The notes under the pieces are model-generated. The model was given only the letters and a program-made list of their open reading frames with translations, searched no databases and was not told the origin of the DNA. A program made the position numbers and the translations under genes. Below, piece by piece: positions 29,777 through 40,215 of a stretch of 64,000 bases of DNA. Source of the DNA: Candidatus Sumerlaeia bacterium. Lineage in GTDB: Bacteria; Sumerlaeota; Sumerlaeia; SLMS01; JANRJK01. Every line of letters begins with the position of its first letter. Positions within the stretch are counted from its first letter, which is position 1. The stretch lies in assembly GCA_033764015.1 (NCBI GenBank), contig JANRJK010000023.1, positions 1 to 64,000 on the forward strand, read 5' to 3'.

Positions 29777-31842
29777 CACTCCTCATCTCCGACACCTTCA
29801 CCGACTCCCTCGGCCGCCTTTCCGCCGACGAGCAAAAGGCGGCAAAGACGACGGCGTTTGACTTGCAGGTCAACCCGACGGCGCCAGGCCTCGCCTTCCA
29901 CAAGCTCGACCGCTCGAAGGACAAGTGCTTCTGGTCGGTGCGGGTGAACGCAGACATCCGCCTGATCGTCCACCGCACCGAGGGGAGCCTGCTCCTTTGC
30001 TACGTGGGCCATCACGAGGATGCCTATCGCTGGGCGGAGCGCAGGCGCTTGGAGGTGCATCCGAGGACGGGCGCAGCGCAGATCGTGGAGTTGCGCGAGA
30101 CGGTTCAGGAGATTATCGTCCCCCAGTACGTCGAAGAGTCCCGCCCCGTCCCGCCGAAAGCGCTCCTGTTTCGGGGATGCAGCGATGAGGAACTGCTGGC
30201 CTATGGCGTCCCCACGGAGTGGATCGGAGATGTGCGGCAGGCGACCGAGGACACGCTGCTCGACCTCGCTGACCACCTGCCCGCCGAGGCAACCGAGGCG
30301 CTTCTGAACATCGCCGTAGGCAAGAAGCCGTTGGCACCCGCGGCGGCGGCAAGCACGGGCAGCGATCCCTTTGCCCATCCCGACGCCCAGCGGCGATTCC
30401 GCGTGATGGCGACGGCAGAGGAACTGGAGCAGGCCCTCTCGTATCCATGGGACAAGTGGACGGTCTTCCTCCATCCATCCCAGAGGGACCTGGCCGAGCG
30501 AGACTTTGGCGGCCCGGCCCGAGTCGCAGGGTCTGCAGGCACGGGGAAGACGATCGTCGCGCTTCACCGCGCGGTCAACCTGGCCAGGAAAGACCCAGGG
30601 GCGCGTGTCCTGCTCACCACCTTTTCTGAGCCCCTCGCAGCGGCGCTGCGCACCAGATTGAGGCGGCTCATTTGTGCGGAGCCTCGCCTTGCCGAGAGGA
30701 TCGACATTGCGAGTCTTCCAGAGATTGGCCAGCGCCTCTACACCGCCGCCTTCGGCAAGCCTGCCCTCGCGTCCGCTGGCGAAGTCGCTGCGGTAATGCA
30801 GAGGGTCGCCGGGGAGAAGGCGGGCCCGCTTGGGCTGCGGTTCCTGCTGGGTGAGTGGGACTCCGTGGTGGATGCCTGGCAGCTTCGTAGCTGGCCGGAG
30901 TACCGCGACTTCGCCCGACTTGGCCGCAAGTCGAGGCTCTCGGAGAAGCAGCGGGCTGCGGCATGGTCCGTCTTCGAGGCTGTCCAGTCATCGCTCTCGG
31001 GCAGTGGGCTGATAACATCGAGCGAGCTGTTCACGAGGCTCGCGGGCCACATCGCGGCCCTCCCTCGTACCCCCTTCGATCACGCGGTCGTCGATGAGTC
31101 GCAGGACTTGTCCGTGGCCCAGCTCCGGTTCCTCGGGGCGCTCGGGGGAGGTCGCCCGAACGGGGTCTTCTTTGCCGGAGACTTGGGCCAGCGTATCTTC
31201 CAGCAGGCCTTCTCGTGGAAGGTGCTTGGCATCGACATCCGTGGTCGGTGCAAGACCCTGAAGATCAACTACCGAACCTCGCAACAGATCCGCGCCCAAG
31301 CCGATAGGCTTCTCGCAGCGGAACTGTCGGACGTGGATGGCAACACGGAGGAGCGGAATGGTACGGTTTCGGTGCTCAACGGCCCGCCGCCCACGATCCG
31401 GAGGTTCAAGGGGGCCGAACAGGAGATCGCTGCCGTGGCGACGTGGCTGGAAGGCTGTGTCGCAGATCGCTTGGCGCCCCACGAGGTCGGGCTCTTTGTC
31501 CGTTCAGAGGGCCAGCTCGCCCGGGCAGAGGCGGCCGCTCGTCGTGCCTCGCTCCCGTATAGGGTCCTCGACCAGCGCGTCGAGACCCTAGGGGGCTTTG
31601 CCGCGGTGGGAACGATGCACCTTGCCAAGGGACTCGAGTTCAGGGCCGTCGTCGTGATGGCCTGCGACGATCAGGTCCTCCCGTCTGCGGAGAGAATCGC
31701 TTCCGCTGCGGAAGACTCCGATCTCGACGAGGTGTTCAGCACGGAGCGACACCTCCTCTACGTCGCATGCACACGTGCTCGGGATCGCCTACTCGTGACC
31801 GGCACCGAGCCCGTTTCGGAATTCCTCGACGATCTCCTCTGA
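29773..31842 (+). CDS. UvrD/Rep-like SF1 helicase with N-terminal RelE/ParE-like domain
   Basis: N-terminal FWSVRVNADIRLIVH..YVGHHEDAY; GSAGTGKT, VDESQD, NYRT, HLAKGLEF, LYVACTRAR. Confidence 0.88.
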   Translation: MTLLISDTFTDSLGRLSADEQKAAKTTAFDLQVNPTAPGLAFHKLDRSKDKCFWSVRVNADIRLIVHRTEGSLLLCYVGHHEDAYRWAERRRLEVHPRTGAAQIVELRETVQEIIVPQYVEESRPVPPKALLFRGCSDEELLAYGVPTEWIGDVRQATEDTLLDLADHLPAEATEALLNIAVGKKPLAPAAAASTGSDPFAHPDAQRRFRVMATAEELEQALSYPWDKWTVFLHPSQRDLAERDFGGPARVAGSAGTGKTIVALHRAVNLARKDPGARVLLTTFSEPLAAALRTRLRRLICAEPRLAERIDIASLPEIGQRLYTAAFGKPALASAGEVAAVMQRVAGEKAGPLGLRFLLGEWDSVVDAWQLRSWPEYRDFARLGRKSRLSEKQRAAAWSVFEAVQSSLSGSGLITSSELFTRLAGHIAALPRTPFDHAVVDESQDLSVAQLRFLGALGGGRPNGVFFAGDLGQRIFQQAFSWKVLGIDIRGRCKTLKINYRTSQQIRAQADRLLAAELSDVDGNTEERNGTVSVLNGPPPTIRRFKGAEQEIAAVATWLEGCVADRLAPHEVGLFVRSEGQLARAEAAARRASLPYRVLDQRVETLGGFAAVGTMHLAKGLEFRAVVVMACDDQVLPSAERIASAAEDSDLDEVFSTERHLLYVACTRARDRLLVTGTEPVSEFLDDLL

Positions 31843-32746
31843 GGCCGCTTCTCTATGCCGCTTCCGAAGAGGGTTCGTTTCGGGGAGCCACTCTCAAACC
31901 TAAAGATTGCAGCGTCCTGCGACGCGCCGCCGCCCCCGCAGGACGACCCCTGACGACGCTCCGCGGGCGCATCGCCGCGGTGTGCTTCGCCAGTCCCGAG
32001 TTCTCCGTCGGCCGCATTGAGACTGCCGCGGGGAGACTAAGAGCTGTTCGCCGGCAGGCTCTACGCCCGCGCCGGCGACGCTGCGATCCTGCATTGCACG
32101 TGGGGCTCGCGGCCGCGCTGCGCGCGGAAGGAGGAAGACCGAAAGTCGAATGGCGAGTGGTCACTCCGAGTATGCAGCGTGACTCGTCACTCGCGCCTCG
32201 TCAGTTGTCCTTTGCGGCGAAGGCGCGCGGAGGTCCTGCGCGACGACTCCGTGGCGATCGCGCAGGCCGCGACGGTGCCGCTCGCCGTCGTCGAGGGGCT
32301 CCGCGAGGAGTGGCAGCGCTACGCGCTGGTGAACGTCGCGTTCACAAGACGTTCGGCGTTCGGGATAGCGAATTCTCGAACGCCGCTCGCCGTGGAAATC
32401 CCCAGTTGTCACGTCCAGTGGGCGCCCTGCGCCGAGATGCCGAAGACCCGCTTGTCGGCGACCGTCGGCGACTTGCCGGGCGAGCCGCCAGGGACGGCAC
32501 GGGCGACGTCGCGTCCGCCCCGCGAGAGCGTCACGGCCTCGCCGCGCGTGGCGGGAAGGATACAGTCTCGGACTTTGCGAAGCCGGGACGATGCAGCCGT
32601 TCCGCATTGCCGATGCGGAGGTGTCGCCCCCCGAAACCGTCCTGCGCTCGTTCGCCAAGAACCGCCTGCTAGAGCGGGCTGGTAGGACCCTGATGGCGTC
32701 CCTCGCGGCACGGGGCGAGGGCCCACGGCGTAGCGTCTCCTTGGCT

Positions 32747-33334
32747 TCAGCCGATGTGGGGGAGGACCTCGGTGAACAGGAGGTTCAGAAGCGCGGAACC
32801 CTCCGGACGGCTCCAATCCTGGGCGAGCTCCGCGATCAAGGTATTGGTGGCCGTAAGCACGACCCCCTCGTTCTCCATGCGTCGGCGCGACATGTCCTCC
32901 GAAATCTCGAACGGCGACCCCGACGCATCCATAATCGCCTGGACTCCGAACCCTTCGCGGCGAGCTGAAATGGTCGGGTACACAAGGCACACGTCTGTGG
33001 TCACTCCGGCCATGGCAAAGTTGCGCCGCCCAGTTTCCAGGGCCGCGCGCCGGAAGTTTTCGTCGGTCCAGGCGTTCACGATCCCTGCCCGTCGCACGCG
33101 CTTGGCAAATGCTTCCGGCAGAATCTCCTTCAGTTCCGGCATCAGCGGACCCTGCAATCGGTCTTCCTGACTGCTGGTCAGGACAACAGGCAGCCCCAGG
33201 ATGCGTGCCGCTTTCGCAAGGGCCAGTGTGTTCTTCTTCACGACAGCCATGTCCAGGTTCTTGATGAGCTGCATCGTGCCGACCTGATGATCGATGAGGA
33301 GGAGTGCCGTGTCCTCGGCGGAGAAATACTGCAT
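32747..33334 (-). CDS. isochorismatase-family hydrolase (YcaC-like)
   Basis: LLIDHQ, VNAW, AGVTTDVCL, DASG. Confidence 0.88.
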   Translation of the reverse strand: MQYFSAEDTALLLIDHQVGTMQLIKNLDMAVVKKNTLALAKAARILGLPVVLTSSQEDRLQGPLMPELKEILPEAFAKRVRRAGIVNAWTDENFRRAALETGRRNFAMAGVTTDVCLVYPTISARREGFGVQAIMDASGSPFEISEDMSRRRMENEGVVLTATNTLIAELAQDWSRPEGSALLNLLFTEVLPHIG

Positions 33335-33484
33335 GGAAACTTGCCCTTTCGTGGGAGGATTCTGAATTCGCGGCATCGCGATCCTGAACGGGTTCGACCC
33401 TCGGGTATCGAGTGCGCGATCAAAGTTCTACAGGCTGGACATTACGCAGCGTTTCGGGTAGAGCATGCACCGCAAGAACCGGCG

Positions 33485-33994
33485 TTACTCGACCGTAAGT
33501 TGCTGATTGGAAAGTCGAAGCGAGATGTTGATCACGCCATCATTCACCAACCATGGCCTGATCACAAATCGACGGGCCCCGGATTGGTGCATGGGGTCGT
33601 TCTCGGCGAGCTGCTTGGCTTCGGACAGATTCCCGCCCCGCACCACAATCAAGCCGGCACCCGACCACATTTCCGAATCGGGATCGCCAAGCGGTCCTGC
33701 GGCGAAGAGCTTCTCTTCCTGCTCCAGTTGCTCGAGGTACTCAAGGTGCCGGGGCACCACTGCCTTCACGGCGTCGCCTGTGCCGGTCGGTAGGGACTCG
33801 ATGGCAAACAGTTGCAGGGATAGGCGTCCCTTGCTTGCTTCACGCGCCTTCTGGAAAGGAAGGGCTGTCATGCCTACTTGCGTCAGCAGCGTTGCCGCAG
33901 CAACAAGCAACACCAATCCGGCAAGGGAATGTTTGCCCTTCAAACGCCGTCCGCCTGCCGGGATGGGACTGTTGGGAGCGGTGGAGTCGGGCAT
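33485..33994 (-). CDS. YciI-family protein
   Basis: HLEYL..LFAAGPL..GLIVV..AENDPMH..RPW. Confidence 0.8.
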   Translation of the reverse strand: MPDSTAPNSPIPAGGRRLKGKHSLAGLVLLVAAATLLTQVGMTALPFQKAREASKGRLSLQLFAIESLPTGTGDAVKAVVPRHLEYLEQLEQEEKLFAAGPLGDPDSEMWSGAGLIVVRGGNLSEAKQLAENDPMHQSGARRFVIRPWLVNDGVINISLRLSNQQLTVE

Positions 33995-34522
33995 GGCAAG
34001 TTTCCTTTTCAGGTTAAGGTGCGGTTCTGCCGGAGCGACGCTCCGCGAATCCGTCCTGCAGGCTTAGTCCGGCTGCGTGCTCTTTCGAAGCTCGGCCAGT
34101 GGAGCCTCCGGGCCCACCCACCCCTGACGCCAGCTAGCCGAAAGTGAGAACTTTCCCTACCCAAAGTGGGCTCCCGGGCGGGCGAGCGCCGTGGCCGCGT
34201 TCAGCACCTTCCCCGGCGGTCGCCCCATGGGAATCGCCTCCCAATGCCCCACCCACCCGGGCGTTGCCGGCTCGCGCCCGGACGAACCGCCCGCGCATGC
34301 CGCGAGACGAACGGCGATGGCGATACTCACGAGCCGCGTACGGCGGCGGTTAGGGTGAGGCCGCGACTTCGTCGATCAGGGCGCGAAAGGCCGCCGCGGG
34401 TTCATCCTCCGTGCGACCCATCTGGAGCAGGATCGTGCGGTAGATCGCGGTCGCAGCGCGAAGGTGCGGGTGCTCGTGGCCGGCCGCAGGTTCCTCTCCA
34501 TTCTTGCGGAGCTGGAGGCTCA

Positions 34523-34633
34523 AGCGGCGCCACGATCATCATCCCGCCCCGCCGGTTCCTCCACCCCGTGATGGAGAAGTACCGGCCGCAGGTGGTCGGG
34601 AACTCCCGCGACGCGATCAGGTCGGTGATGGGG
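34523..34633 (+). pseudogene. diverged copy of the 3' end of the phage morphogenesis gene
   Basis: SGATIIIPPRRFLHPVMEKYRPQVVGN matches 5923-6033 (SGATIIIPPRPFLHPVMEKYRPQVIEN). Confidence 0.8.
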
Positions 34634-34904
34634 GCTGATCGCGGGGGATCGCGGAGTGGACGATTGCGGTTACCGGGGTTAACCCAACCGGCGGCAGAGT
34701 GATTGAGTCGGATAGCTGTAGGAACGGCTATCCGGCACCGCCAGACGGACAAGTCGGACGTCTCTCTCAATGTGGCTCCTGCCGCCAAACCCGACAAGCG
34801 GCGGGTAGGCAGAGGTCGCGTGAGATTCGAGTTCGCCGCCCGCGGCCTGGCGGCATGTCGTGAGGCAGATCGATGAAGCACGCCATCACTCCTGGTGATA
34901 CCCT

Positions 34905-35963
34905 GTGACTACCCTCAATCGTGGGGCGTTGGTCCCGTTCGTCTTGAGACTTCTTGGCATTTGGATCGCCTGCGCGACCCCGTCTGGCGTCGGGCTGGCC
35001 CAGGTCAACAACGGCGCACACCGACCCGACGCCGTTGCACCCGCTCCGCCGCCCGACGACCCGATCAGCCAATTCGTACGCCGCATCCACGAGGACCGTC
35101 GCGGTCACCTGTGGTTTGGTACCAACGGCGACGGTGTGGCGCGCTGGAATGGCGAGGCCATCGAGTACTTCTCGCTCCCTCAGGGCTTCGGTGGCGTCGC
35201 GGTGCGCGCGATCGTCGAGGGGGTCGACGGCAGCATCTGGTTCGGGACCGAGGGCGGTCTGACGAAGTTCGACGGCGCGTCGTTTACGAACTACACTGTG
35301 CGCGACGGGCTGGTCGGCGAAGACGTCTGGTCCCTCGTCTTCGACCGTCGTGGCGGTTTGTGGGTGGGCACGCTGGAGGGGGTTTGCCGGTTTGACGGCG
35401 CCCGATTCACGCCGTTTGAACTGCCAGAGGCCCAGCCGGATCCCATGGTTGGCGTCACTGGCGCGCGCATGGTTCGCAGCATCACCGAAGATCGGGCCGG
35501 CCGTCTGTGGTTCGGCACCAACGGCGGGGCCTACGTATACGACGGCAAGTCGCTTCGAAACTACAGCGAGGCGGATGGCTTGTCGAACAACAACGTCAAC
35601 TGCATCCTCGAGGACCGGAACGGCCGCGTCTGGTTTGCGACGCAGCACAACGGTGTTTGCTTTTTGGACGGCGAGACGTTCACCGCCGTCACCGCCGACG
35701 ACGGCGTCGAAGGCACAGAGGTGTGGGACCTCTTCATGGACCGTGAAGGCGCGATCTGGTTTCCCGTCGAGAACTCCGGCATTTACCGTTTCGACGGCAA
35801 GAGATTCCAAGGCTACGGTGAGGCCGAGGGGCTGGCCAGCAACGCGATCCAATGCACGCACCAGAGCCGCGATGGGCGGCTGTGGTTCGGTGGCTATCTC
35901 GGCCTCTTCCGTCTTAGGGGCGACGCGATTGTCGCGGTCACGCGCGCCGGGCCGTGGCGCTAG
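34905..35963 (+). CDS. secreted beta-propeller (two-component regulator propeller repeats)
   Basis: Signal peptide; repeated I.ED..G.LWFGT..G / DGL units. Confidence 0.85.
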   Translation: MTTLNRGALVPFVLRLLGIWIACATPSGVGLAQVNNGAHRPDAVAPAPPPDDPISQFVRRIHEDRRGHLWFGTNGDGVARWNGEAIEYFSLPQGFGGVAVRAIVEGVDGSIWFGTEGGLTKFDGASFTNYTVRDGLVGEDVWSLVFDRRGGLWVGTLEGVCRFDGARFTPFELPEAQPDPMVGVTGARMVRSITEDRAGRLWFGTNGGAYVYDGKSLRNYSEADGLSNNNVNCILEDRNGRVWFATQHNGVCFLDGETFTAVTADDGVEGTEVWDLFMDREGAIWFPVENSGIYRFDGKRFQGYGEAEGLASNAIQCTHQSRDGRLWFGGYLGLFRLRGDAIVAVTRAGPWR

Positions 35964-36322
35964 CTGGTGCAGTGAACTCGGCATGTCCGCAGGCGACGCT
36001 ATCGAGCGTCCGAGGACGGTGGCAGTTCCCGGCGTTTGACGATGCGCTGCGCTCGTGGCCGCAATTCCCGATGTTGCGGAGTCAGCTCTGCGGAGCCACT
36101 TCCAAATCCCACAATCCCAACATTCCGCATTGACGCGCCGCCCCCGCGAGGAGGCGGCGTCTTTCGTGGTTCCGGGCCCCGTCCGGGGCCGCCCTGCGGG
36201 CCGGGATCGGCTCCGACTTCGCGGAGGCGTTCCCGGCGGCGCTGAAGACGGCGAAGACCTTTGCGGACCGTCTTGCGGAGAGCGGCGACCTCGATCGGAG
36301 GGAAGGCGGCGGGAATCGCGGG

Positions 36323-37267
36323 TCAGCGTTCGACGTTGCGGTCGAGGAAGTCGAGCATCAGGCGCCCGATCGTTTCGCTGTCTTCCTCAAGGGCGAAGTG
36401 GCCGGTGTTGAGCAGGTGGAACTCCGCGTTGGGCAGGTCCTTGAGGTAAGGGTGGGCGCCGGCGGCGGGGAAGATCTGGTCGTTGCGGCCCCAGACGATC
36501 AGCACCGGCGGCTGGTGCTGGCGGAAGTACTCCTGCCATCGCGGGTACAGGGGCGGGTTCGTTCCGTAGCTGAGGAACAGGTCGAGCTGGATCTCCTGAT
36601 TGCCGGGGCGGTCGAGGAAGTGCTGGTCGAGGGTCCAGGTATCCGGGCTGATCGCTGCGGGATTGCGGGTGCCGTGGGTCCATTGCCACTTCGTCGCGTC
36701 GAGCTTCAGGAATGGTCGGAGCGCCTCGCGGTTCTCCTGGCTCGGGTCGGCCCAGTACTTCTTGATCGGTCCCCAGAACTCGTCCGGGAGTCCCTCGACG
36801 TATGCGTTGCCGTTCTGCACGGTGATGGTGCTCACGCGGTCCGGGTGCTTCGCCGCAAGGCGGTATCCGACCGGAGCGCCGTAGTCCTGCACGTAGAGCG
36901 AGTACTCCTTCAGCTCGAGTTCTTCCGTGAAGTCCTCGATCACGCTGGCGAGATTATCAAAGGTGTACGTGAATGTCTCGCGGGCGGGGGCGGAGCTGTA
37001 GCCGTAGCCGGGGTAGTCGGGCGCGACCACATGGTAGCGTTCCGCGAGTTGCGGGATCAGGTCGCGGAACATGTGGGACGAGGTCGGGAAGCCGTGGAGG
37101 AGGAGCACCGTTGGGTTCTCGCGATCGCCGGCTTCGCGGTAGAAGATGTCGAGTCCTTCGACTTCGACAGTGTTGTAGGTGACTCCTTCGGGAGTTTTGG
37201 CCGGGGCTGCCGAGAGGAAGAGGGCAAGAAGCCCGGAAGTGAAGAGGGAGAGGCGGGTTGCACGCAT
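36323..37267 (-). CDS. alpha/beta hydrolase (epoxide hydrolase-like)
   Basis: [29 protein letters not shown]; signal-like N-terminus. Confidence 0.9.
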   Translation of the reverse strand: MRATRLSLFTSGLLALFLSAAPAKTPEGVTYNTVEVEGLDIFYREAGDRENPTVLLLHGFPTSSHMFRDLIPQLAERYHVVAPDYPGYGYSSAPARETFTYTFDNLASVIEDFTEELELKEYSLYVQDYGAPVGYRLAAKHPDRVSTITVQNGNAYVEGLPDEFWGPIKKYWADPSQENREALRPFLKLDATKWQWTHGTRNPAAISPDTWTLDQHFLDRPGNQEIQLDLFLSYGTNPPLYPRWQEYFRQHQPPVLIVWGRNDQIFPAAGAHPYLKDLPNAEFHLLNTGHFALEEDSETIGRLMLDFLDRNVER

Positions 37268-37362
37268 GGGAGTGGTCCTTGTGGGAGGTTGAGGGTTGCG
37301 CGGAGGAGGACGGTTGCGAGCGGGGGCTCTGTGACGGTTGTCTTGCTCGGGAGGCGGGTGGC

Positions 37363-37908
37363 TCAGCCGGCCTTCACCAGTGGCGCGGCCTTCGGGAAAT
37401 CCACCGTGGTCTGGGCCACGTTGTTGAAGAAGTTGGTGAAAACGTTGAGGGCGACGTTGGCGACGGTCTCGGCGATGTCGGCGTCGGTGAGCCCGGCGGC
37501 GCGGGCGGCTTCCACTTCGGCGTCGGAGACCTGGCCGCGCCTTTCGGCGACGGCAGCGGCGAATTCCACGATGGCGCGCTGGCGGGCGTCCCCCGCGGTG
37601 CCCTCGCGGGCGGCGAGGATCTGCTCCGGGGTGAGGCCCACCATCTTGCCGATGGTGCTGTGGGCGGAGGCGCAGTAGTCGCAGCCGTTGACCTCGGCGA
37701 CGGCGAGGGCGACCTGCTCGCGCTCGCGGGCGTTGAGCGTCTGGCCCAAGATTCCGCTCATCTGCAGGTAGGCTTCCAGCACGGCCGGCGAGTTCGCCAT
37801 CGTGCGCATCATGTTGGGAACCATGCCGAGCTTCCCCTTCACGGCGTTGAAGAGTTCGGCGTTCCTGCCGGCGGCGTCCGCGGGATTGAGAGCGTTGAGG
37901 CGAGGCAT
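37363..37908 (-). CDS. AhpD/carboxymuconolactone decarboxylase-family protein
   Basis: [21 protein letters not shown]. Confidence 0.9.
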   Translation of the reverse strand: MPRLNALNPADAAGRNAELFNAVKGKLGMVPNMMRTMANSPAVLEAYLQMSGILGQTLNAREREQVALAVAEVNGCDYCASAHSTIGKMVGLTPEQILAAREGTAGDARQRAIVEFAAAVAERRGQVSDAEVEAARAAGLTDADIAETVANVALNVFTNFFNNVAQTTVDFPKAAPLVKAG

Positions 37909-37973
37909 CTGGGTGAGTCCTTTTCGGGAGTTTGTTTCTTCGCCGCTCGATGGCGGCTGATGGACTCAATGAT

Positions 37974-37989
37974 TGCGCGGGCGGTACCA
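37974..37989 (-). promoter_or_regulatory. sigma54 -24/-12 promoter
   Basis: TGGTACCGCCCGCGCA (GG-N10-GC) upstream of the AhpD gene, divergent from a sigma54 activator. Confidence 0.6.
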
Positions 37990-38057
37990 AGGCGGGCCGA
38001 TCTTGTAGACTTCTGATATTGCTGGTTTAATGCGCCGAGGTCTTGGAGACCGCCACG

Positions 38058-38112
38058 CGACGCATTTGCGTTGACCACAAAAATGCGTTGGCAAAACAAC
38101 GCATGCGCGTTG
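38058..38112. promoter_or_regulatory. three imperfect palindromes, probable activator-binding sites
   Basis: CGACGCATTTGCGTTG 38058-38073, CCACAAAAATGCGTTG 38075-38090, CAACGCATGCGCGTTG 38097-38112. Confidence 0.6.
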
Positions 38113-38122
38113 CCAATTGCCC

Positions 38123-39715
38123 ATGAACCTCGAAGCCCTTCAAGCCCTCACGCTCGCCATCACGCAGGAGCGCTCCGTGCAGCGCGTGATGCAGGGCGTC
38201 GTGGACGGCCTGACAGGCGAGGACATCTGCTATGCGCTGGCGCGTATCTGGGTGAAGGGGCCGGGGGACCTGTGCGGCGAGTGCCGATTCCAGGACGTGT
38301 GCCCAAACCGGAACGAGTGTCTGCACCTGATGGCCAGCGCGGGCCGCTCCGATTCGGAAACGGGGGAACGCTGGACACGGGTAGACGGCGGATTCCGGCG
38401 GTTTCCGTTGGGGCACCGCAAGGTCGGCCGGATCGGGGCGACGGGCGAGTCGCTCCTGCTCCATAATCTGGCGGAGAAAAATGACTGGATCGCCGACCGG
38501 GCGTGGGCCGAGCGCGAGCGCATCCGCAGCTTCGCGGGCCATCCTCTCGTCTTCCGCGGAGAGGTGCTGGGGGTGCTCGGCATTTTCTGCCGCGCGGGGA
38601 TCGACGACACGGCCTTTCGCTGGCTGCGCGTCTTCGCGGACCACGCGGCCATCGCGATCGCCAACGCGCGGGCCTTCGAGGAGATCGACCGCCTACGGCG
38701 CGAGCTGGAGCTGGAGAACGACCTGCTGCGGGCGGAGATCATGGACACCGTGGCGGATTCCGAGATTGTCGGCAGCGGCCCGCGCGTCCGGCAGATGCTC
38801 GAGCAGATCGAACTTGTCGCGAAGACGGAAGCCGCGGTGCTGATCCAGGGTGAATCGGGGACGGGTAAGGAGTTGGTTGCGCGGGCTCTCCATCGCCGCA
38901 GCCGCCGCGCGGACCGCCCGCTGATCAAGGTGAACTGCGCCGCCATCCCCCGCGAGCTCTTCGAGTCCGAGTTTTTCGGGCACGTCAAGGGGGCCTTCAC
39001 CGGGGCGGTGCGGGATCGCGTGGGGCGCTTCCAGCTCGCCGATCGCGGCACGCTGTTCCTCGACGAGGTTGGGGAAATCCCGCTCGACCTGCAAAGCAAG
39101 CTGCTGCGGGTGCTGCAGGAGGGGGAGTTCGAGCGGATCGGCGAGGCTTCCACCCGCAAGGTGAACGTGCGCGTGATCGCGGCAACGAATCGCGACCTGC
39201 AGCGCGAGGCGCGCGAGGGCCGCTTCCGCGAGGATCTCTACTTCCGCCTCGGAGTGTTCCCGATCAGCGTGCCGCCGCTGCGCGATCGCACGGGGGACAT
39301 CCCGGAACTGGTTTCGCACTTCCTGAAGGAGAGCGCGCGGCGACTCGGCGTCGCGGAACCCGGCGTATCGCGCGCTGATCTCGAGAGGCTAAAGGCCCAC
39401 CCGTGGCCCGGCAACATTCGCGAACTCGGCCATGCCGTGGAACGCGCCGTCATCATGGCGCGCGGCGGGCGAGCAGACTTCCGCCTTCTGGTGGACCACG
39501 CGCCAGGAGCAACTCCCGAGCGCCCAAGACCCTCAACCGAGCCGGCCGACGTCCACCGCGACGCTGACGTGCGGGCACAGCAGATCTCCAACATCCGGCG
39601 CGCGCTGCATCAGACCGACGGCCGCATCTACGGGCCCGGAGGGGCGGCGGAACTCCTCGGCATCCCCCCGACGACGCTGGCCTCGCGCGTCAAGCGTTGG
39701 AAGATCGAGCTCTGA
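38123..39715 (+). CDS. GAF-domain sigma54-dependent activator (FhlA/NifA-like)
   Basis: GESGTGKE, GAFTGA, LFLDEVGE, WPGNIREL, Fis HTH. Confidence 0.95.
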   Translation: MNLEALQALTLAITQERSVQRVMQGVVDGLTGEDICYALARIWVKGPGDLCGECRFQDVCPNRNECLHLMASAGRSDSETGERWTRVDGGFRRFPLGHRKVGRIGATGESLLLHNLAEKNDWIADRAWAERERIRSFAGHPLVFRGEVLGVLGIFCRAGIDDTAFRWLRVFADHAAIAIANARAFEEIDRLRRELELENDLLRAEIMDTVADSEIVGSGPRVRQMLEQIELVAKTEAAVLIQGESGTGKELVARALHRRSRRADRPLIKVNCAAIPRELFESEFFGHVKGAFTGAVRDRVGRFQLADRGTLFLDEVGEIPLDLQSKLLRVLQEGEFERIGEASTRKVNVRVIAATNRDLQREAREGRFREDLYFRLGVFPISVPPLRDRTGDIPELVSHFLKESARRLGVAEPGVSRADLERLKAHPWPGNIRELGHAVERAVIMARGGRADFRLLVDHAPGATPERPRPSTEPADVHRDADVRAQQISNIRRALHQTDGRIYGPGGAAELLGIPPTTLASRVKRWKIEL

Positions 39716-40215
39716 GGTCACGCTGTGGGGAATCGGGGAGTCACTTCCACCGCAGCCGATGTCGCTCCCGCGCCCCCTCGACGTACCGGTCCACGGCGGT
39801 GGCGGATCGGAGCAACTCCCCGAGGAGGACCGATCCACGTCGAAATCACGCAAGGCCCGCTACCGGCCATCGCGCCGCGGATCGACGCCGGCCACGAGGA
39901 GTGCCTGACACTCCGGGAGCCGAAGCAGGATATCCTAATCGCCGACCCGGAGGACGAGCGGCTCCAGAAAGGTGCGTCCGGGCCGCCCCGGTGGGGGTCC
40001 TTGACCCGGCCGATCATTTTGCAGTCACTTGTTCCATGAACCCAAAATCAAGGAACTCACTCGTGCGTGCCTTCTGCACTGCCTACGCTTCATCTTTTCT
40101 CGCGTACGTTCCGATGCTCGCCGGAACTTCCGCAGTTGCCGCCGGTGGCGGACCACCCGCCGAGCCAAGCCGGCACGGAGGCGTTCGTGGCGGATTCGAA
40201 GGTGTTCGGCGGGGG

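Noticed and set aside
31850..32700. Possible coding fragments after the helicase
   Set aside because: Only short stretches look coding (VLRDDSVAIAQAATVPLAVVEGLREEW); no family recognised.
39760..40020. Possible degraded PIN-domain toxin (IDAGHEECLTL..DILIAD)
   Set aside because: Similarity is too weak, with no clear start or partner.
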